From: Trichoplax sp. H2
Lineage: Eukaryota
Length of the DNA: 64,000 bases
Direction: 5' to 3'
Assembly (NCBI GenBank): GCA_003344405.1
Contig: NOWV01000262.1
Coordinates: forward strand, 1-64,000
The notes under the pieces were generated by a model. The model did not search any database. It worked only from the letters and a program-made list of their open reading frames with translations, and was not told the DNA's origin. Below, piece after piece: positions 11,901 to 26,900 of the stretch (position 1 is the first letter of the stretch; each line of letters starts with the position of its first letter). The translations under genes were made by a program, and so were the position numbers.

Positions 11901-14900
11901 ATTAGAGTAATTCCTATTGTAAGTAACTAGTTGTAATATAATATCACGATATTATATTAACCAAATTTAGATATCTATTTCTTCACGGTAGTTCGTACCG
12001 TGACAACATCCTACTGAAATTAGTAGTTAAATTAGGGAATCGAGAATAATCTTCTTACAATTCAAATCACTATGATTGTAATTGACTTATGGTAGATTGT
12101 AGATTATCGTAGAAATGTTCCGTGATAGGATATATTGTATTCTGACAATTTTGTATTAGTCATTTGATGTCTATGTTCGTAAATACTGTTGTCTTCATTA
12201 GGCAGCAGTAGATAAAATTAGCTTTTGATTCACTATCAGGTTTCAACGTTAATATAACTAACTAGGATATCTTTGCTATTGTAAAAGAGTATATGAATGT
12301 GATTAATCGTATAATAAAGTTAGTTCTCATAATTAGTTTTTAACGTAAGGTATGAGGCGTCTAAGTCTATTTTAAGTCTACTAGTATAGGAAAAGTGTCC
12401 CTGAAAGAGTAGACATTGCTCCCTGACTCGTGGTTCAAGGAATCGACAGATTAGTCGTGCATTACGTTATCTTGTTACAAAGCTGTTTTGTAACAATGCT
12501 TCAATTATCTGAATATTTTTCTACTTAGCTACTATGTTTTCTTCTACATTGAATTTTTGTACAATCAGTTAACATTATCTTAAAAGCTATAAAATATACT
12601 CATCAAATGTCATCTTCTTACATTCCAATCAGGAATTGCCCAACACGGTCGTATAAGTCTCTTATAAAGGTATCTAATATCACAGGATTATCACTTATAT
12701 CCCTAAAAGTTAGAACACGTATATTGAGACAATGGCAAATCCTTTCTGAAATTCTTATCATTTAAATTAGAAAGATGTAATAGTTAGTACGCATTTAAGC
12801 CGGCATAGGTTTATTTAAGCTTACAATTTTAAGTTAATGATAGCTGCCATTCCTTCAAGAATTCCGGGCCAATTATTGCCCGCCAATTTTCTATAAAGGT
12901 AGTCGAAAGGATATTTAGTATAATGTTATTCAATTGGGCCTCGTGCTGTCACTACAGATACGATATTCTGAGGTGATGCACTGCTAAATAATATAGTAGA
13001 TTGGAATAAAAATCCTGTTATTAACGAAACAGGTCAATATAACTTACAAGTCATTTACTAAGTTTAATTTATCAAGAAAATCTTTCTGTAAGTCTATTCC
13101 GTTTGCAATCAGATTGGTATAGCTTATATCACTGGTAGATAAATATAATAAATGATAACTTAGTTTCAAATATATTAAACAGGTTATTGTGTGTGGCTTA
13201 GTTATCAAATTTATTAGCTACCTACATTTTAGTAACTTGATAGAATAGACGATCACAGTTAGGATCGAACTTTACTATATTGTTGTTTGCTAAAGTTCTT
13301 ATTTAATTAAAGACAGCAAAAATAAGTAAGTTAATAAGTAACTAGTCTATTACTAGTAAATTTTCCACGGAACATAATAAAACCAGTAATTAAGCGTATA
13401 ATTGAAGAAATTTTTAGGAAAATGCAATACTTACAGAGATCTGAGTACTGGAGGTAATCCCGAACAATTCAAGTATGTGATTTCGTTTCCTGCCAAATTA
13501 CTGAAATTAAAATAGAACTAAATTTTTAAAACGAAATTACTAAAATGGTAGCTTCCTATATATTTAAGATAAGTCACAATCAACTTTAGTATTAAAACTC
13601 AAATAATATGTAACAGAAAGTTTTCGGTATGTACAAATATAGAAATATTGATAATGAGATGCAGTTAATAACTAAAGCAAAGATTTTGATAGCTTATTAA
13701 ATCACCAATAAATATAAGAAAAAAATCAGTTATCGACTCCTTGACAGATCTATTATTCATGTTGTGCTTAAATCAATACTCTCTATAGATAAAAAGATGT
13801 CGTAAAAATTACTGTTAGATTCAGTGAGACGTGTCGTTTATCTCTTTCTGCGAAATTAAGGTGACACAGAGTTCTGCTTATCGTTCTAATTTTTAGAAAT
13901 AAGTTATTGTTAGAGTTGTGTGATCAAAAATATTGATCATTAATGATTGTTACGTGTCATACCTTTTAACCGACAATAACTCTAAATGTTAGATAATTAT
14001 TATTATTTACGTCTTGAGCTAAGCTATATCTTCATAATATTGATTAGCATGGTAGTAAATAACAATGGTGAACATGAGATGTGGAGGTGTTATAATTATT
14101 CATACTTGCTAATTAATATTTATTATCTAATGTCGCCTGCTTTTGTGGTCTCTGTAGTATTTGTGGCTGCAATCAGCATAGCAGCATTCTACCATATTTT
14201 ATACACATTTAGCTTTATTATTAGTTACAATATTTTATAGCTAATCATCATTAATCCAATATAGAAATGATTACAGTATTTTCGTTGACATTATTCCTAC
14301 CACTCAAAGTAAAATGCACTAAGTATATCCAAATGTATAATTTACAATTCTATTTCTACCTCTAACCTTATTATTTGCTCAAAATCTTACTGTATATAGT
14401 CATCTGTACTCTAGCATAGAGTCTATCCTTAGAGTCAATAATTATGGACTACTAAATACATCGTAAGATAAATATAGAAAAGACACTACCGTACATCGTA
14501 GTAAACATGGCTAATAGTCTACAATTAAAATACTAATTTACTTTACAAGAACATATTCCGAAGTTAATAGAAGTTTGAATAGAGTAGATAGACCAGTTTA
14601 CAAGGTTATCAAATTTATCGTATTTCGGAATATTTTAGGTATAATTTAGTGTATACTGCAAACAGAAATAGTATGAATGAGATGACATATTTATTAAAAT
14701 ATATAGAGAGTACAGATGTTATCCTCCATAATCCACTTACAGCTCTTCTAAGAATGTCAAACCCAGATCTTCTTGATCAGATAAGGTTACAGCATTGTTG
14801 CTTAGGTCACTGGAAAATTATTACGATTTGAAAAAGCTTCTAAATTTAGTTAATCTATGTATCCGTATGTAACAAAACTCTTCTGCTTACAGAATTCTTA

Positions 14901-17900
14901 AATTTGGGTAAAGCGAAAACGACTTGTTTTTCAACGTTTCAATAGCATTATCACTTAAATATCTGTAATTAGAGTTAGAACAATTAATTTGGCTAGATTT
15001 CATAGCTCAATTGTAATGTCAATCAGCCTGTAAAGTCTTAAATTTTGCAAGTTAATTTTTTTATGATATTTAAATAGCTACAACAGATTATTGATACGAT
15101 TGCCTACAGTTGAGTTAGGTAGGGTAGTGGTGTATTGGAAATTTTGGCTACGTCTTCGATGCGATTAGAATTTAAGTTTCTTTCATGGCAAAATGCATTA
15201 ACACAAGATTGAAAAATATTTTTAAAAACCTTAGATTAGATAATTAGTTCAAAATCTCACTAAAACAAATTGAATATTTTACGAATACCCAAAAAAGCTT
15301 ATTTTTGCTATGAATGATGTAATAAATATATCTTACATTATTCGTATGTTTTTCAATCCTTTCAAGACAGCATTTACATCAGATATTTGATTGTGTTGTA
15401 GATATCTAAAGCATAATTTAATTTTAAATGATATTAGAATACTTTGATTAAGTGATTATTGACATCTTGCTATTATAACAATACAGTATATATTAGATTT
15501 ACAAAGAGTTCAACTTTGTATTCATGAAATAATTTTCGTTCAAAGTTCCTATTTCGTTATGGTCGAGATACCTTAAGAGAATATCAAATCAATTAGATAA
15601 ATAATATCCGCATAAGTGTCTATCATAAACAGAATGAGCTTAAAGAATTCAATGGGGGTTGCATATCTGTATTACGTTTAATTTTTAATTTCTAGAAATT
15701 CGAGTAGAGATTGCAAGATAAACTGGAAATAAATAATCAGTATCTTTTACTGTTAATTGTTGCTTACAATTCTTTGAGACTTGCTAGCTTAGCAAAATCT
15801 TTAACATTTATTGCTTTAATGCTATTAGATGTTAGAGACCTAGATTTTAAATGAGAATTATATATTTTAAAATTTAAATGATTAAGATTTGCACATTATC
15901 TCGTATTGAATTTTGTTTTTATTCTCAATGAACAAAAGATTAATGCAATTATCCTTATGAAGCAATCAAAATGCCTTTAAGATACAGTTTAACAAACTTT
16001 CTATCATCTTGTTATATAGTTTTTAGTGTAAAATCTTACAGAGCAATTGTTACTGTGATAACAGTTATATTTAAACTAGTCTTGGCAGTAAGCCCATCTA
16101 AAATATTGTTTATTTGAAACAATAACGCTATTTCTAAAACTATTTGATGCTAGAGAAAACTGATAAACTAAATAAGGTGAATCTGAATTACTGTACCCAT
16201 TTTAATAAATGGTAATAAATTATTTAAACTCTAAATGCATACTTACAGAACAATAAGTTGAGATAGTGGTCTTATAAAATCTAACTTCTGTAAATTGTTG
16301 TATTGCAACATTCTATAAAATAGTACCAAAAAATATTTATTATAGAGTTGCTTTATTAAGAGGACACAAGGATAAGTATGATCATGCTTCAAAGCATCTT
16401 AAAATCAGTGATTAAATAAGTATTTTGATAGGATTAATGTGAATAAACTAATCAAATAATGAAACATATGAGATATTTAAGGGTATGCTTTGAAACTTAC
16501 AGCGATTGTAACTTTGCAAAAGGTTCTAATGCGTCAAGGTGAATATTATATAAAGCATTGGAAGAGACGTTTCTATAGAAATTAAAATGCAATTAATTAG
16601 ACAAGAATATCGGTATAATGAAATGTACAGGTAATATTTTAAATGTCTTTCTAAAGCAAATGAATTGACTAGGATTACAAAGATTTCTTAATAATATAAT
16701 AGCATTAAATTTTATCACTTATGCAGCCTGTTGTAATCATCATGGTGACTTTATTTCAACTTTAAACCTCGTTTTCAGTTATTATTAAAGCAAATTGTAT
16801 TTTCTAATTCCGTTAATATTATAAATTTTGGCACCGAAAGAGTTTATTTCTTGAAATACCGTGTCCAATTAATTTTAGTATTTATGTCTAAGTAGAACTG
16901 ACGACGATCATGTACGTTTTTAGTTTTAATCTAATTTCGTGTTGGTTTGATTAATTGGTCCGTATTCGAATTTATATCAGAACTATACGTTAAAATGTTA
17001 AAGATTTGTAACATTAGTAGTTCCAAATTGCTACAGATAATTTTACCAATCTAACTTTTAATATTTCTTACAATTACATCTGTTAATTTGTGCACTATCT
17101 TTTATCCATACATTTTATGTGGCTGTTGAATGTATTAGAATCAGAGTGATTTTGGTAACGTCATATAGCAGCAAATTAACAAAATTATTTTTGTGTCAGG
17201 AGCAAAATATAAGAATAATGTATGCATGAGAGAGCATTAAGCAATCAATTTATAGCATCCCAAAACAGATTTAAATCGAAATAATAAATGGTCTATTTCG
17301 ATAATAGAAATCTTGTGGTCTTAGTAATAAGACCAATTATTTACGATACTTACAATGACAAAACAGAGTTGTAATTATTCAAAGTGAAGAAATTTGCTGC
17401 ACTTTCTATATTTCTGTAGCGATTACCAGTTAAATCGCTGACATAAAAAACAAATACAGCTCTTGGTAAGTAAAATCAGAACAAACTTATGAAATTATAC
17501 AAAAATCTAGGAAATGTACTTTTCGTGCATTTCTGAGTAAATAAATGAACTTGTACTTACAGATGAACCAGATGATCTAGTGTAGAAAAATTGAGTGTGT
17601 TTTTTTCATGCAGTTTATTATAAGATAGATTACTTTTGTGAATAAAATTCCCCAAAAATGATTTATTAGCATCAGAATCGTTAAAATAGAAGTACTATAT
17701 ATATATAAAGTAACATATACTTAAATAAAGCTTATCATAGTAATTACCAGTTCATATTTAACAGTAATTATAACCGTGATTAAAATCAGAAGTATACAAA
17801 CTTACAGGGTTCTGCAGTCTCCGAAGTCTAATTGATTTATTTTTGAGAGAAAGTTATTAGTTAAATCCCTAAATTCGAATAATGACCGTTAAATGGCCGC

Positions 17901-20900
17901 TTATTAGCAAGATATAAAATAATGGAAGAATATATCATAATAAAGTAGAGTAGAGGTTTATCTGATATCAGAAGTTATTTCTATACTAATCGTGATTCTG
18001 ATAAAGCTTTGCTCTTATATACTTACTAATAATTGCTGCTATCATATTGTTAAAGGTAAAGAACATCATTATTTCAAAGTTGTAGAATGTAAAGAACATA
18101 TGCATTACTTACAGGACTTTTATTACCACAGAATTCTTTTTTGCCTTAGCTAAATTACCGTTTCCATGCAGCTTTAGTGGGTAGGATCTCGAAAGTCCTC
18201 TGAAAAAGTAAAAACAATCATAATTAGCGATAGCTGTAACGTTTAATGTTTTGTTTAGTTTGTAACGCTCTAGTATTACTCATAATAATTCCTATCATAT
18301 TCCTTAAATATCATTGTATTTGTATGCCTTCATAAGATGGAATTATATAAGATGACCGTAACATACAAGAAATCCATAAATGCCACAGCTGGTAATTGAA
18401 ATTCATAAAAGTTTCTGATAGGATTACCACTAAGCTGCCTGGTAAAATTAGAATTATAAGCAAATATTGTTTACTTTTCATTTTGTGTCTTATGGCATAA
18501 GTGAATATATGAAAAGAAAATGCGTTTAAAATATTGAATAAAGTTTATTATTGAGAGAGATCTGGATATCAAATGAATGAGGTGGAAAGATACTATACTT
18601 ACAATAGTTGTAATTTATTCAAGCCAGAGAATGCGCCAGTATCAATAAAAGACAATTTGTTCGTCTGTAAGCGTCTACAATGCGAATAAATAGTAAATAG
18701 TTAGCATTTAGTCAAGCAGATGTAAATATACTGCTGCCTATCACGCAGTCATAATAATACTTATAAATCCGAAAAATGCCTTACTTAACTAATATTTATT
18801 AATTACAATTGATTGCCATTATCATTAGATGGATTAAATTTAGGTTATATTATTACTTCGATCCTAATTGACATTCAGATATCTAACTTTAACACAACGC
18901 AATATGAAGTTCAATTACGAATTTTAGATTTTTAAAAAATTAGTAAGGTGTCAGTATTAGTTATCAAAGCTTTGTGCAATTATCTGATTTGATGATTGTA
19001 AAATTATAGCTGTCGAAACAGTACTAGTGAATATAGTATTTGCTAATTGCATTAAGTATTCATTTTTACTTGATAGGCTTCTATAGCAATTAAGCTTATA
19101 GATACGAATTTGTATAACAATATATCATCATGTAATGTAGTAAATCCTACCATATTTTACGCTACTAAGTTAGTTTACAGTACATTTGTATACTTGAGCT
19201 TAAATTGCATGCGAAAAATCGATAAAAACAAAATTTTTCTCTTAAACGTGACCGTATGCGAAGTCGGTCGTTTTGCAAACTGCCCAAGATTGAGCACGTG
19301 CTTGCCGCTTACAATGTCTTTAGATTTGAAAGATGCTTAAACTGGAAGTCACTTAATGAATGGAGTTCATTTTCGTTCAGATTTCTAGCCACATTTTTAG
19401 CCACATATTAAGCAATTATAACAAATAATGATTAAAATCATAGGTAAGTAAATATTTTATGAGCTGCATCAGTAGAATATTTAAACAAATTAACTTACAA
19501 GTCCTGAAGTTTTATTAAAGGTTGAAAGATTAGAGAGTCCAAGAGTGTTAATTTATTACCTGCTAAATCTCTATTCGAGCCAAAATAAGATTTGATGCAG
19601 TTATTAAAGTTAATACTTACACGACTTATATTAAAGCTACATCATCATTATTATAGTAAATAGGAAACGAAACTCTATAAAGTTTTTTAGGGTTAATACA
19701 TAATATAGCTGTGCAGGAAATGTTGTTTGTAGATCAATTTTACCATGTCAATTATCTAACTGTTAAATCTACTAATGATTTTCCATTAAACAGTTATCGA
19801 TCTCATGGTACTTGTAAATAATTTTAAGTAAAATATTTAAATTAATTATTCTCATTTACTAACAAAGAAGTGAGGTTATAAAGGTCTTCAAATGCGGTAG
19901 CGTTGATTACAGAAATGTTATTAAAGGTTAGTCGTCTAAGAATGGGAAATAGGAGATAATTTAATTTTTAATCCTACGTAAGATATATTATGATCGGCTC
20001 GGAAGCATTTAGTATTGCCGAGTTTTATCTGTTTAAATCTAACTAAGAGAGCTTTAATGCAAAGCTTGACTTTGAACCTGAAACTGATATACATATAAAA
20101 TTATTACAGAGTTAAAAGACTTCTAAGACCCGAAAATTGATAGCTTTCTAATGATTTTAATCCGGTATTGATGATATTCCTGTTCAATATAAAAAAGATA
20201 GCAATCTTCACTTTATAATAGCAATTTTCACAATTTTATCTTATTTTTACTATCAAATATTGGAAAATGAGAAGATTAAATATTTTCTCTTTCTCTGATT
20301 GCATGTCACGGAGTACACCAAGCTAGTTTACTAGTCTAACATAAAAGTTTTTGCTTTATGTTGCATTACAGATTACTGATCTAACCTGAGATAAAATCTA
20401 GTAAGAATGTAGTACTGATATTATAATGTATAAGCACCAACCCTCTGAAAAACTCACAATAAGTGGATATACACTGTACTATAACCTACAAAACAGCTTT
20501 TACTTAGTGACCTACTACTGACTACTATTTCACGAAATGAGCCACATAGCAGCATGCTTAATGATATTTCATTTTGGCGTAGAAGATTTCGCTTCTTTCA
20601 TCAAGAATTAGACCCGATCTAAAAATATTTAACTTACAAGGTTGATGTTGTTGCCATCTTCTTAAATAGTTCAGTAGGAAGATGGGATAACAAATTATTA
20701 CTCAGAAATCTGTAGCAAATTTATTTATCCGGATTAGTTCATTAATGTAATTGATCATCAAGACTATTCTCAAAGCTTTACGTTTACGCTAGCAGTAGTT
20801 TATCTGTATCTAGCAACTTCGATATTTAAATAGGTTAACAAGTACTACTTTACGCAATAACACTCTCAAATTTTTAATCATAAATTTGTAGCATTGAGAC

Positions 20901-23900
20901 TCTAACTTTATTATTATATGTATACGTACAATGTCTTAGTTTTAGATAATTTCTGGAACGATTTTTCTGCGACGAATCGAATATTATTGCTACTTAAATG
21001 CCTATCAAGTTCGAGTCAGAAAATGATTCAAGCTATGTCTTATTTTGCGCTTAAGATAAATGAGTAATTTAAATAGATATTACACGATTATTTCATACTT
21101 ACACAGCATGCAAGTTAGGGGCGCAAATAGTTTCTGGATAAATATGTGTTAATTTATTGCGGTCTAAGTCCCTAATTGTTAGAATAAATCGGGATATCTT
21201 TTTATATTGTACCTTTGGTTGATTCTAATAGCTAGATTCGGCCACATTGTAAAAGAAATGAAATTATAAAGAAACACATGTATTCTTTTTTATCCTAATA
21301 CGCTAAATAAGCTAACTTACTTTAGCTAGTAGTCAGAAGAAAAATTAGTGAATAGTCATGTTTGACACTTTTATATACGGCTAGACCTAAAATATGCTAC
21401 AACGCTAATACTGATAACAAAATATAATATCACACCAGATAGTTTATTGACTTATTTGATTCTGAATCCAATTGACTACTTTACGTTCTGTGTAATAATG
21501 CTTTGGTAGCGCTTATCAAATAGGTTCTAATCATCACTTATTTCATTTCTGAGTCAGACATAGAGATAAAACTGATCACGAATATATATAATCAGTAGGA
21601 AATTAGGAATTCATGATAGATATATAATACTATTCTCTGATCTAGCTGTATGCAAAAGCTAGAAAAATCTTCGAAAGAATTACTAAATCATCTAAAATTG
21701 CTTACATATTCGTGCCCTAATATGCAGTACGTACATTATTTGTATGTAGTAAAAGGGACTATCATGATCAAATGTATGCGTTACTGATTGATATTTTTTA
21801 TAGATCCATAATAGTAATTTTACACTGTCTTGTTTATGGTCCTGCATACTTAGGCAGAATATTTCATACGTTAAAGTTTTTAGTCTGTGCGGTGCCTAAG
21901 CTTAGCATGCCTAAGAATAGCAATTCATATATGATCTGATAACTAGCAACGTTACATCTCGTACTAGCTTTCAAATTAGAATAGATTATGTATTATCATA
22001 GGTGGCAATTTTTTAGAGTCAATCTAGTCAAGGATGGAAATATTAATTTGATAACATTTCATCCTCATAGAATCCGAAAAACTTACAACATTTGTAGCTG
22101 TTTGAGGCTGCAAAATGTATTATTTTCTATCGCAACTAGTTTATTAGCAGAGGCGCGGCTATATCGTAGCAGATAAGATACGTCAAATTAGTTCCGACAT
22201 TAAAGACCTAATGAACTATAATATTATTTATTTACATTAACCATATGATCATAACAGGATATCACATTTTACAAATTTGTAATAAAAAATATTGCAGAGC
22301 CTTAAAAAAATGACTAAAATAAAAGTAAACTCATTATTAATCTTGCTATGTAACGGATTCATTGTAATAACTGTCACATACTCAATTGTTACCACACATT
22401 AATAGTAGGACTATATAACCTTTTTATTGAAATTTTTAAAGAAATTCTAATGGCTTACTCACAATTCCATCAGATTTATTAAGTTGCTAACATGGTGACG
22501 TTGTAACCGGTACACTTGGTTACCTGCAAGAGAACTATAGTGCTCATAGTTAATATTTAGATTAAATTTTCAAGTTACGTTCATGATCTGATGGCAAATA
22601 TCGGAATAAAGCTGGTATATTAGCTAACTATTAATATATGAAGAAAAGCTAAGCTGATCAAAATTTAGAAGCTTAAATACAGGTGATAATCATCATCTCG
22701 AAAGCCCCTATTAAAAGTTCGCCGCTTACACTAGGCCTAAGAATGACTATATTTTTAATATCGTCTTCTTAGCACTTTTAAATGCAGGCTAACTGATTGA
22801 CACAGCCATGAAAATAACTGAGATATAGATTGATAGTTTACGGTAACATTTTACCTTGAACTTCTCAAAAATAAAAGCACAACTTTAGGAATTATTGTAG
22901 TTGGTGATAAAGTAAATCCTTACGATATTAAGACGAAATAGTGAATGTTTCAAGTAGGTGTTAGAAGTATAGAATTTTGATATAGCTCGTAATCGAAACA
23001 AACTTTTGTATCAAAAAGCTTATTACTTCAAATGTTCGTATATGATAAATTAGTCATAATAACATTTTTTATTAAAAATATGCTGAAAGCGTAATAAATA
23101 TGTTTACTACGACTGATAGTATATATAAATGGGATAGTAATCTATAAAAAGTGAAAAGAATTTCGTAATATTGTGTTATGCGAAAGTGTGTGTACTTCCC
23201 AAAGATTTAAGTTACTGTACCGTACGCCGGGAAGATAGTATTGCTGATTAAAGGAAAATTTACTGGAAGTACGAGTATTGTTTTCTCGTATCACAAGAGT
23301 AGTTGTGGCACTGATATAGTTAAGCAATACATTCATAATTTTAGTACGCTAAGCTATAAACTGATTATTTGTACAAAAGGTAAACATGCTGAAAATAATG
23401 TATCTTAGTGGATAAAAGCGTGTAGTACATTAATAAATAGAAAAATTAGTTTCAAATACAGTGAAGCGGAGTAGGTGAGAAATTTGGATAGCCATAAAAA
23501 TATGGATGCAGCATAATACGAGTCTCTCTCTTGAATTTGATCTTAAGCTTTATGTTGTAATTTTATTATGATTATACCTCTACGATTGCAATAAGCGAGA
23601 AAATATGAGAGTATCGCAGATGGAACTTAATTTTATTTTATCTTGATTTACTTAGTACGTTGTTGTATAGTGATTAAAAATTAATTTCTAATATTATTTA
23701 TGCCAAGCAGCGGACGAGAATTACATTACGCTATTCAAGTTCATGTGCCGGTATGAAATTGGCTTCAATCTATTTAATATGTCTTTACCTACTCGTTAGG
23801 TAACTTACGAAACCCATAGCAATATTATAGTGTTTTACTAGTACTATCTAGATTTGGTAGAGCGAAACTATGATTAGTTCTCATGGCTTTATGATAAGAA

Positions 23901-26900
23901 ATTATTAATTCTTAGCAGTTTTTTATTAGTATAGGTTGCATTGAAATTCTAATGGTACATCAGCACTATAGACATTCTCAAGAAAAAAAGGAATTTACTT
24001 ACAGGCTGATAAGACTGGTCAATGTGGCAAACGAACCATTTTTAATAGTGTGAATTCTATTACCAGACAGGTCTCTAATTAATGAAATTAGATCTCTGAG
24101 ATAAATATTAAGACTATTTACGTTTACTTCTGTAAATATTATTAAATATTGTTAGCTGACAGGCTATATAATTATAGACAGACATAGCAATGAGCACATT
24201 CCAACTTACATTCCTATTTGATAATTTCAATTTATGAAATGAGTTTAATAGACGTAGTAACGATCAATGATCATTAACTACTCCTTCAATTAAAGTATAA
24301 GTATTCATCTTAAGACTTACAATGCTTGCAGGTTGTTAAGGTTGTTGAAGAAGCTAGGCTGTATGGTTGAAATATTATTGTCCGAAAGAAGTCTATGGAA
24401 AAATAAACGCGTATAATGATAAAGTTATTGTTATAGATGTATCTCAATTAATAAATACTGTAAATTTTTTAAAATAATTTTGCAAGTCTTCTTAATTGTA
24501 AGGATATAAATCACAACTGCTTTATGTTTATCGATCCGATTGGAGGTTATTGTTGCTACCAGCTAAGTTCACTTTCTAATGATGCCTGATATAATGATCT
24601 ACTGAAAATATTTTCTATGGTGCAGAGATTATTGCACCAAATGAAGAATCCTTTCCCTACTACAGCATTCATTTTAACTTATTAACGTCCAGTAAATCTA
24701 ATTACACTTGAGAATCAAACCCTCTACCAAAAAAATTATATTGGACTTCTATATTGCCTTTAGACTTTATCAAGCATACATTTCGAATAGTTCAGTTGTC
24801 GGTTTGAAGATGTCTTCATCGATAGAAGTAATTTTATTACCTACGATAGATCTAAAAGAAATGCAAGTGAGTTGTATAAAATGCTGTTACATAATATATA
24901 TGTAAAATTATCTGGAATTAAGCATTCTTTGCTTTAGCCACTGTTAATAGGTTTCCAATATATGATTGGCTAAGATAAAATAATTCATTGATATTTATGA
25001 GTACAGCAAATTGAACCATGGTATGTAAAGAATCGCTTATTATACTATAAGAAGGCTAGACGATAATTTAAGGATTCATTAACTGAATTGTGTAAGTATT
25101 TTAAATGGCGATCTACTATCAATATTTTTGCCATGGATGGGAAATAGTGAGTGTATATATAGTTGCATAGAGTAATAGAAAAGCCATTTATATCAAATAT
25201 AATGTAAGCATTGTATTCTATTGCTTTCAAAAATCGTAACATTAACGTAATATCTTGGGATGTTGATAATCATGCTAAGAGGAGTAAAAAACTGGTGATT
25301 GCTTAAATAATAACTCTAGGTTATCTATTCTTACAATGCTTTAAGGTGAGTAAGACAGGCAAAGCTACCATTAGAAAGCTTCAATAATTTGTTATTATTG
25401 ATATCTCTGCAAAAGAAGCAGTTTTCCAATAAATCTTTTTCAATTAAAGCGATAAAATTGGATAAGCACAGCACAACAGTCATGATCTTTTTTATCATAA
25501 ACAAGGAAGATTTAAAATTTAGAAAGAGCACCCGTTGTGGCTAATATGAAACTGATTACTGTATCTGGTCTTCTTAAAGATAGAATATATAATACAGAGA
25601 TTTTACTATGAAATTGGCTTAAATTTTTAACAGGTTACAGCTTACCAAATTCATTAATTATTAGCGATAAAAGAAGCTTTAGTAGAGATTTTCAGTCATA
25701 TTAAACTTACAGATACTGCAAATTAGTCATTGAACAGAATGATTCCTTTTCGATGAATTCAATATCATTATTATCTAAACTCCTAATGTGGTCGAAGCGC
25801 TATGTCAGATTTATTTAGTTTGAATTTAACATCAGCTTTTAATTAAACCGATTCAACTTAGATACTTTAAAGATTTTGAAATTTTTTCATCTACTTGTAT
25901 CAAATTTTAAATTAGTAAAATCTTTGCCCAAAATTTGAACTGAATTATAAAAGATAGTAATAGTACAGATATCAATGCAATTTTTAATGCGAACATTGTA
26001 AGAAGAACAATTATTAAAACAACAGATAGTACTTCAAGCACCCCTGTTTCATGCTAGAGTGACAGAAACTATCTCTTTAAAATATAGACTAAGAAAAGGC
26101 ATTAGTGATACTAATTTTGTACGAAATATACTTAATTTTAACTGAAAGAGTGAAGATTACACGAAAGAGATTTTACTTTGTATGATATAACTGAATAGGT
26201 AAATTTTTCTTGATATTTTAGCTAATAATATTATTTATATTTAGTGAGTTGATATCTTAGCTTGTAAAATTTACAAGAACACTATTTCCGAGATACAGGC
26301 AAAGGTATGTCGTTCAATTCTTTTGATATTATTCATCAAGATCCGACTAAAAGAAATTCAAAATAATTAAGTTATAAGCTTTTGCAGTTGATAAGGCAGT
26401 AGACGAAAATGGTTCTTTAAATTAAAGAATAATACGTACAAATCCCAAACATTAGGTAATCCACAAAATGAGTACGGTTCGATGTAAGTAATTGAATTTT
26501 GCTCTAGCTTACTAACATGAAACATATTAGATAAATTAAATTGCCAAAATGCAAATACTAAAATTTCTTAGCTACGGCAGGGTAAGACATCAAAAAGAAA
26601 TATCAACTGGATTGGAGTCATTAATATGAAATTAGCTATACTCTAGTGCTTTTGTGAAAACCTATAATTGAAATTGCTTTTATTAATCTTTTTCAGTAAA
26701 GAAATAATTTGCTCATTTATTTCTTAAAACGCTGACTCTTCTCGTAAATGAGTAATAATTCTATATTCTAGTTGTATAGAATCAGTAATGCAACGGCTAG
26801 AGCGTTGTTAGTTTGATGCTAACGAGTTCAATTACTTCATTAATGATATTATAAGATTGGCTAGAATTGCCTAGGCGAATTTAAAATTTCTAAACTTACA

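Noticed and set aside
14547..14655. Apparent extra exon (AG...GTAAAG)
   Set aside because: Stops in all three frames and no paralog in gene 2. The donor-like sequence is the terminus of the family-B LTR.
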